The notes beneath the pieces were generated by a model. That model saw only the letters and a program-made list of their open reading frames with translations, was not told the DNA's origin and ran no database searches. From IMG/VR virus record IMGVR_UViG_2585427737_000006, positions 1 to 18,614 of that record: 18,614 nucleotides of DNA; one strand, written 5' to 3'. This document shows, piece by piece, positions 17,641-18,614 of this stretch (position 1 is its first letter; each line of letters starts with the position of its first letter). The stretch comes from a virus (lineage: Duplodnaviria > Heunggongvirae > Uroviricota > Caudoviricetes). The position numbers were made by a program, and so were the translations under genes.

Positions 17641-18614
<974 letters not shown>

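Overview
The window runs from the E. coli chromosomal genes ybhH(3' end)-ybhI-ybhJ-(REP cluster)-ybhC into a lambdoid prophage integrated at the lambda attachment site. An attL junction (core GCTTTTTTATACTAA plus the lambda P' arm) is followed by a phage-lambda-like early-left arm on the minus strand: int, xis, orf55, orf61/63/60a-like ORFs, exo, bet, gam, kil, cIII, ea10. The immunity region is not lambda's: sieB, an N-type antiterminator with an Arg-rich motif, a P22-c2-type repressor with P22-type operators, cro, a c1/cII-like activator and matching nutL/nutR sites. It joins back to lambda-like O (with ori iterons) and P, then a truncated ren. Two things look like inserted cargo: an AT-rich, opposite-strand gene in the b-region (7554-8156) encoding a 3-TM membrane protein, and a signal-peptide protein gene with its own RBS and terminator after ren (16574-17068). 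About 530 bp of unexplained non-coding DNA follows, then an IS21-family element (istA 5' part) runs off the window end. The most interesting candidates for undescribed function are the two cargo genes and that non-coding stretch. All protein identities are from my recollection of the lambda, P22 and K-12 sequences, not from a database search.
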